The notes beneath the pieces are model-generated. The model saw only the letters and a program-made list of their open reading frames with translations. It had not been told where the DNA came from and did not search any database. A DNA stretch of 32,000 nucleotides from Caedimonas varicaedens. Its GTDB lineage: Bacteria; Pseudomonadota; Alphaproteobacteria; Caedimonadales; Caedimonadaceae. The translations under genes and the position numbers were made by a program. The stretch covers positions 25,770 to 57,769 of the forward strand of contig BBVC01000007.1 in the NCBI GenBank assembly GCA_001192655.1. The letters run 5' to 3'. Positions 29,309 to 32,000 of the stretch are shown piece after piece (positions within the stretch are counted from its first letter, which is position 1; every line of letters begins with the position of its first letter).

Positions 29309-29501
29309 TCACTACCCCCAGGAAGAACTTTAAGCAGAGATGCAAACGCAAGGTATGTATAGCAAAATCTGATTTGGAATAAAACGCCGAGTATAACGCA
29401 GACAAAGAAAGCTTCCATAAACTACACATTCACAGAAGCTTCTCTCCTGAGATACTCACATTGACTGATGCAACAGCAGCATGAAAATTCACTTAAACTT
29501 T

Positions 29502-30017
29502 TTATTTACAGCCTAAGCCACCATCTCCCGAAAAACCAAAAATACTCCGCAATCCTTCTGATTTGCGTGTTTCCAAAGAAATTGTCTTGCCTGCCTGAAT
29601 TTTACATACAGCAGGTAGGGGGTTGACAATTTTTTTATCCTGTTTCCATGCTGCAAAAGGATCTTTATAGGCAACGATCATTGTATCAACAGGAACATTC
29701 AGAGTCCCTCCAGCTTCCAGCGTAACAGCATTCCCTACAAGCTCACACCCTGAACCACGCATGGTCGTGTTAACAGCTTGGCTAATGGCGTTCTTGAGTT
29801 TATCAAACGTATCCCCTTTTGTACTTTTATAAGTTTTTGTAACGCCACTTACAGCAGATGTCAGTTCACCTTCTTTGGCATCACAGGTTGAATTTTTTCC
29901 TTTATAAACTTCAACAATAATTGGGTATTTACTTCCTGATTTCACAGATTCTGCCTGAGCAATTGTCACAGTTAAAACAGTTGCCGCAACCAAATAACTA
30001 AAATTATAACGCATCAT
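29502..30017 (-). CDS. Hypothetical exported protein (orphan, 172 aa, four Cys)
   Basis: The start is set at ATGATG (30017), preceded by a strong SD GGGGGGAGG. Signal peptide MMRYNFSYLVAATVLTVTIAQA. The longer track ORF (to 30149) lacks an SD. Confidence 0.55.
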   Translation of the reverse strand: MMRYNFSYLVAATVLTVTIAQAESVKSGSKYPIIVEVYKGKNSTCDAKEGELTSAVSGVTKTYKSTKGDTFDKLKNAISQAVNTTMRGSGCELVGNAVTLEAGGTLNVPVDTMIVAYKDPFAAWKQDKKIVNPLPAVCKIQAGKTISLETRKSEGLRSIFGFSGDGGLGCK

Positions 30018-30283
30018 AAGCCTCCCCCCTTTAACATTCATTCCAATTATACACTGTAAGAACCAGTACTTAAAACTTAATTGATTCCTTTCAATAGGCA
30101 CACAACTAATAATCTTGCATAATCCTCTATAAAAAGCTATAGTGACCATAGTTTATATACTCTAAAATGTTTGTTGAATAAATTATTTCTGTTGGTTTTT
30201 TAAAATTCCCTAAAATTAATTCCTTTTCTTCAAATTCTTTTTTCAGGAATAAACCTATATAATACATATTTAAGGAGAATTAT

Positions 30284-30490
30284 ATGTCTACAGGAACAGT
30301 AAAATGGTTTAATACAAACAAGGGTTATGGGTTCATTGAACCTCAGGACGGATCAAAAGACGTATTTGTTCATATCAACGCCCTGGAAAAATCCGGTTTG
30401 AGAGAATTAACCGAAAATCAAAAAGTCGAATATGAAATCGAAAACCACCAGGGCAAAGCTTCTGCTGTAAATATTAAAGTTGTCGGCTAA
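30284..30490 (+). CDS. cspA: Cold-shock protein, CspA family
   Basis: 68 aa. [15 protein letters not shown] (RNP1) and DVFVH (RNP2). SD AAGGAG upstream. Confidence 0.95.
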   Translation: MSTGTVKWFNTNKGYGFIEPQDGSKDVFVHINALEKSGLRELTENQKVEYEIENHQGKASAVNIKVVG

Positions 30491-30499
30491 ACTTCTCAC

Positions 30500-30520
30500 G
30501 AAGGGCGAGACTCGCCTTTC
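30500..30520 (+). terminator. Hairpin 1 downstream of cspA (candidate terminator)
   Basis: GAAGGGCG-AGACT-CGCCTTTC forms an 8-bp stem including one G-U, followed by a T-containing tract. It lies 10 nt after the csp stop. Confidence 0.4.
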
Positions 30521-30537
30521 TGAAATTCACGGCTTGG

Positions 30538-30578
30538 GCAGGCAATAAGTTTCATATTGATTAAAACTTATTGCCTGC
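30538..30578. repeat. Long perfect hairpin (14-bp stem) in the csp / ferritin-like intergenic region
   Basis: GCAGGCAATAAGTT ... AACTTATTGCCTGC with a 13-nt loop. Confidence 0.5.
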
Positions 30579-30609
30579 GTTAAAACTTGCCCTTTTCTTG
30601 TTGGTAAAT

Positions 30610-30639
30610 AAAGGCATTAAAGAATTCTTTAATGCCTTT
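30610..30639. terminator. Palindromic hairpin, probable bidirectional terminator
   Basis: AAAGGCATTAAAG-AATT-CTTTAATGCCTTT forms a 13-bp perfect stem followed by TTTATTAT on the plus strand. It lies 26 nt beyond the stop of the minus-strand gene. Confidence 0.5.
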
Positions 30640-30664
30640 TTTATTATCCTGTATTTTTCCTGGT

Positions 30665-31132
30665 TTAAGTCCCAGTTGCTTGATAGTCTTTGTCAATTTC
30701 CTGGCTTAACCAGTCACGATGCCGACGCTCATCCTGCAAAGCCTTATCCAAAGACTGTTTTAATCCTTCTGGCCTGTCGGGGTGAGAAAGAATGCGCTCG
30801 TACGCCTGGTTTGTATCTTCCTCATTGCTACGCATTGCACGAAGAATGGCACGATCAGTCGTCAAACCTGCAATCATAACTTTGCCTTGAGTAAGAATGC
30901 TTTTAACATCAGCTTCCACGGGGAATTTCTTTCCCTGCTCTCTTAAATAATTTGAAAAATCGTTTATATGGCGTTGATGATCTTCCTTAAACTGCTCTAA
31001 TGTCTCTCTGTAACCTTCATCGCCAAGCCGATCAATTGCCGTCTGATATGCCTTAATCGCATCAAAATCCAGCTCTATGACTCTGTACAACGCATCAAAG
31101 AAATTACTTTGAGTCCCTGCAAAAGTTACCAT
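30665..31132 (-). CDS. Ferritin-like four-helix-bundle protein (DUF2383/PA2169-like)
   Basis: 155 aa from the ATG at 31132 (SD GGAGG upstream). The helical repeats FFDALYRVIELDFDAIKAYQTAIDRL... and ...RAMRSNEEDTNQAYERIL resemble the ferritin-like DUF family. Motif-level assignment only. Confidence 0.45.
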   Translation of the reverse strand: MVTFAGTQSNFFDALYRVIELDFDAIKAYQTAIDRLGDEGYRETLEQFKEDHQRHINDFSNYLREQGKKFPVEADVKSILTQGKVMIAGLTTDRAILRAMRSNEEDTNQAYERILSHPDRPEGLKQSLDKALQDERRHRDWLSQEIDKDYQATGT

Positions 31133-31296
31133 GTCACACCTCCACTTTTTATTATTATCAGCTTCTATTTCACAAGATATTGAGAAAAAACTCAACCCCT
31201 AAATTTCTTTATATAATTGAAAAATGATAAAAATTTAAAAATTAATTCTCCATCAATCACTATAATATTACGAATTCAAAGATAATTTAACTCTCT

Positions 31297-32000
31297 TTAT
31301 TTAATATGTTCTTTGAATTTCCGATCAATAACTTGAGTAACACAAACATCTGACCATACGTTAAGAGATGTTTCGATCATATCGATAATATTGTAGAAAG
31401 GTAAGATGAGTCCCAAAAGCGTCAACGGCACGCCCATACTTGATAACAGGCTTGCACTCAGGAAAAAACATCCCATAGGAACTCCTGCATTGCCGATTGC
31501 TGCAATTGTTGCAATGATAATCCAGCTGATCATCGTCATAAAAGTTATTTCGATTCCATGACTTTGCGATAAATAGATGACTGTCGAGAAAATGAACGCA
31601 GCACATCCGTTCATATTAATGGTTGTACATAAAGGCAACACAAATTGGGCAATACCGGGACTAACTTTCAGATTTTTTTCGGCGCACTGGATCGTCATGG
31701 GTAAGGTGCCTGTGGAAGATTTGGAAAAAAAAGCGATGGATAAGGCGGGCATCACCTTGCGCATTGTTTGAAAAGGAGAAATTCCTTGCCACCTTAGCCA
31801 TAATGGTAAAACAACCAGTCCCTGAACGGCATTTGCCAAAATAACAATAGCTAGATATTCCCCAATACCACTGATATCAAGACCTTTCCTCAACTGGATA
31901 ACTGTCACAGCGATAAAGCTGTATAAAGCCAACGGAATAATTTTGATAACCCATCTTGTCAGAGTAATAAATATACTATGCAGACCTTGAAAAAAACTAC
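31297..32000 (-). CDS. Dicarboxylate/amino acid:cation symporter (DAACS, GltP/DctA/SstT family), N-terminus outside the window
   Basis: SSTGTLPMT and TTINMNG correspond to the conserved SSxxTLPxT and GATINMDG motifs. The reading frame stays open beyond 31932 to the window edge. Confidence 0.8.
   Translation of the reverse strand, partial: SFFQGLHSIFITLTRWVIKIIPLALYSFIAVTVIQLRKGLDISGIGEYLAIVILANAVQGLVVLPLWLRWQGISPFQTMRKVMPALSIAFFSKSSTGTLPMTIQCAEKNLKVSPGIAQFVLPLCTTINMNGCAAFIFSTVIYLSQSHGIEITFMTMISWIIIATIAAIGNAGVPMGCFFLSASLLSSMGVPLTLLGLILPFYNIIDMIETSLNVWSDVCVTQVIDRKFKEHIK

Noticed and set aside
30571-30879. 102-aa plus-strand ORF downstream of cspA
   Set aside because: It starts inside the hairpin cluster and then runs antisense through the ferritin-like gene. 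It has no SD and no recognisable features.

Overview
This 32-kb window looks like a chromosomal segment of an AT-rich alphaproteobacterium, possibly an intracellular or amoeba-associated lineage. That placement is an inference from gene content and synteny only. The housekeeping backbone is ihfB, recG, efp-suhB, secG-pyrG-kdsA-eno-ftsB, tkt-gap, a class A PBP, idi and cspA. It is interrupted by a lot of mobile DNA. (1) At the left edge an IS630-family element sits inside a second, inverted copy of itself, giving a ~405-bp perfect inverted repeat, and abuts a decayed IS5-family transposase. (2) An intact 2.0-kb IS21-family element (istA/istB) splits a lytic transglycosylase gene, which can be rejoined in frame. 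(3) A 100-bp TA-flanked MITE derives from the same IS630 element. (4) An IS1-family transposase relic is jammed against the 3' end of tRNA-Glu. The regulatory RNA I am most confident of is a TPP (THI-box) riboswitch with its own promoter. Its Shine-Dalgarno-sequestering hairpin lies in front of a sodium:solute-symporter family transporter, making that a candidate thiamine-salvage importer. A LysR regulator appears frameshifted in a C6 run. Between tRNA-Asp and tRNA-Glu lies an AT-rich islet with two orphan exported or membrane proteins, an MFS transporter and the MITE. I found no CRISPR array, recognisable defence system, toxin-antitoxin pair, prophage or secretion-system cluster. The best candidates for something undescribed are the riboswitch-transporter pair, the orphan exported proteins and the two-frame IS630 transposase with its MITE. 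All similarity statements are motif recognition by eye; no database search was run.
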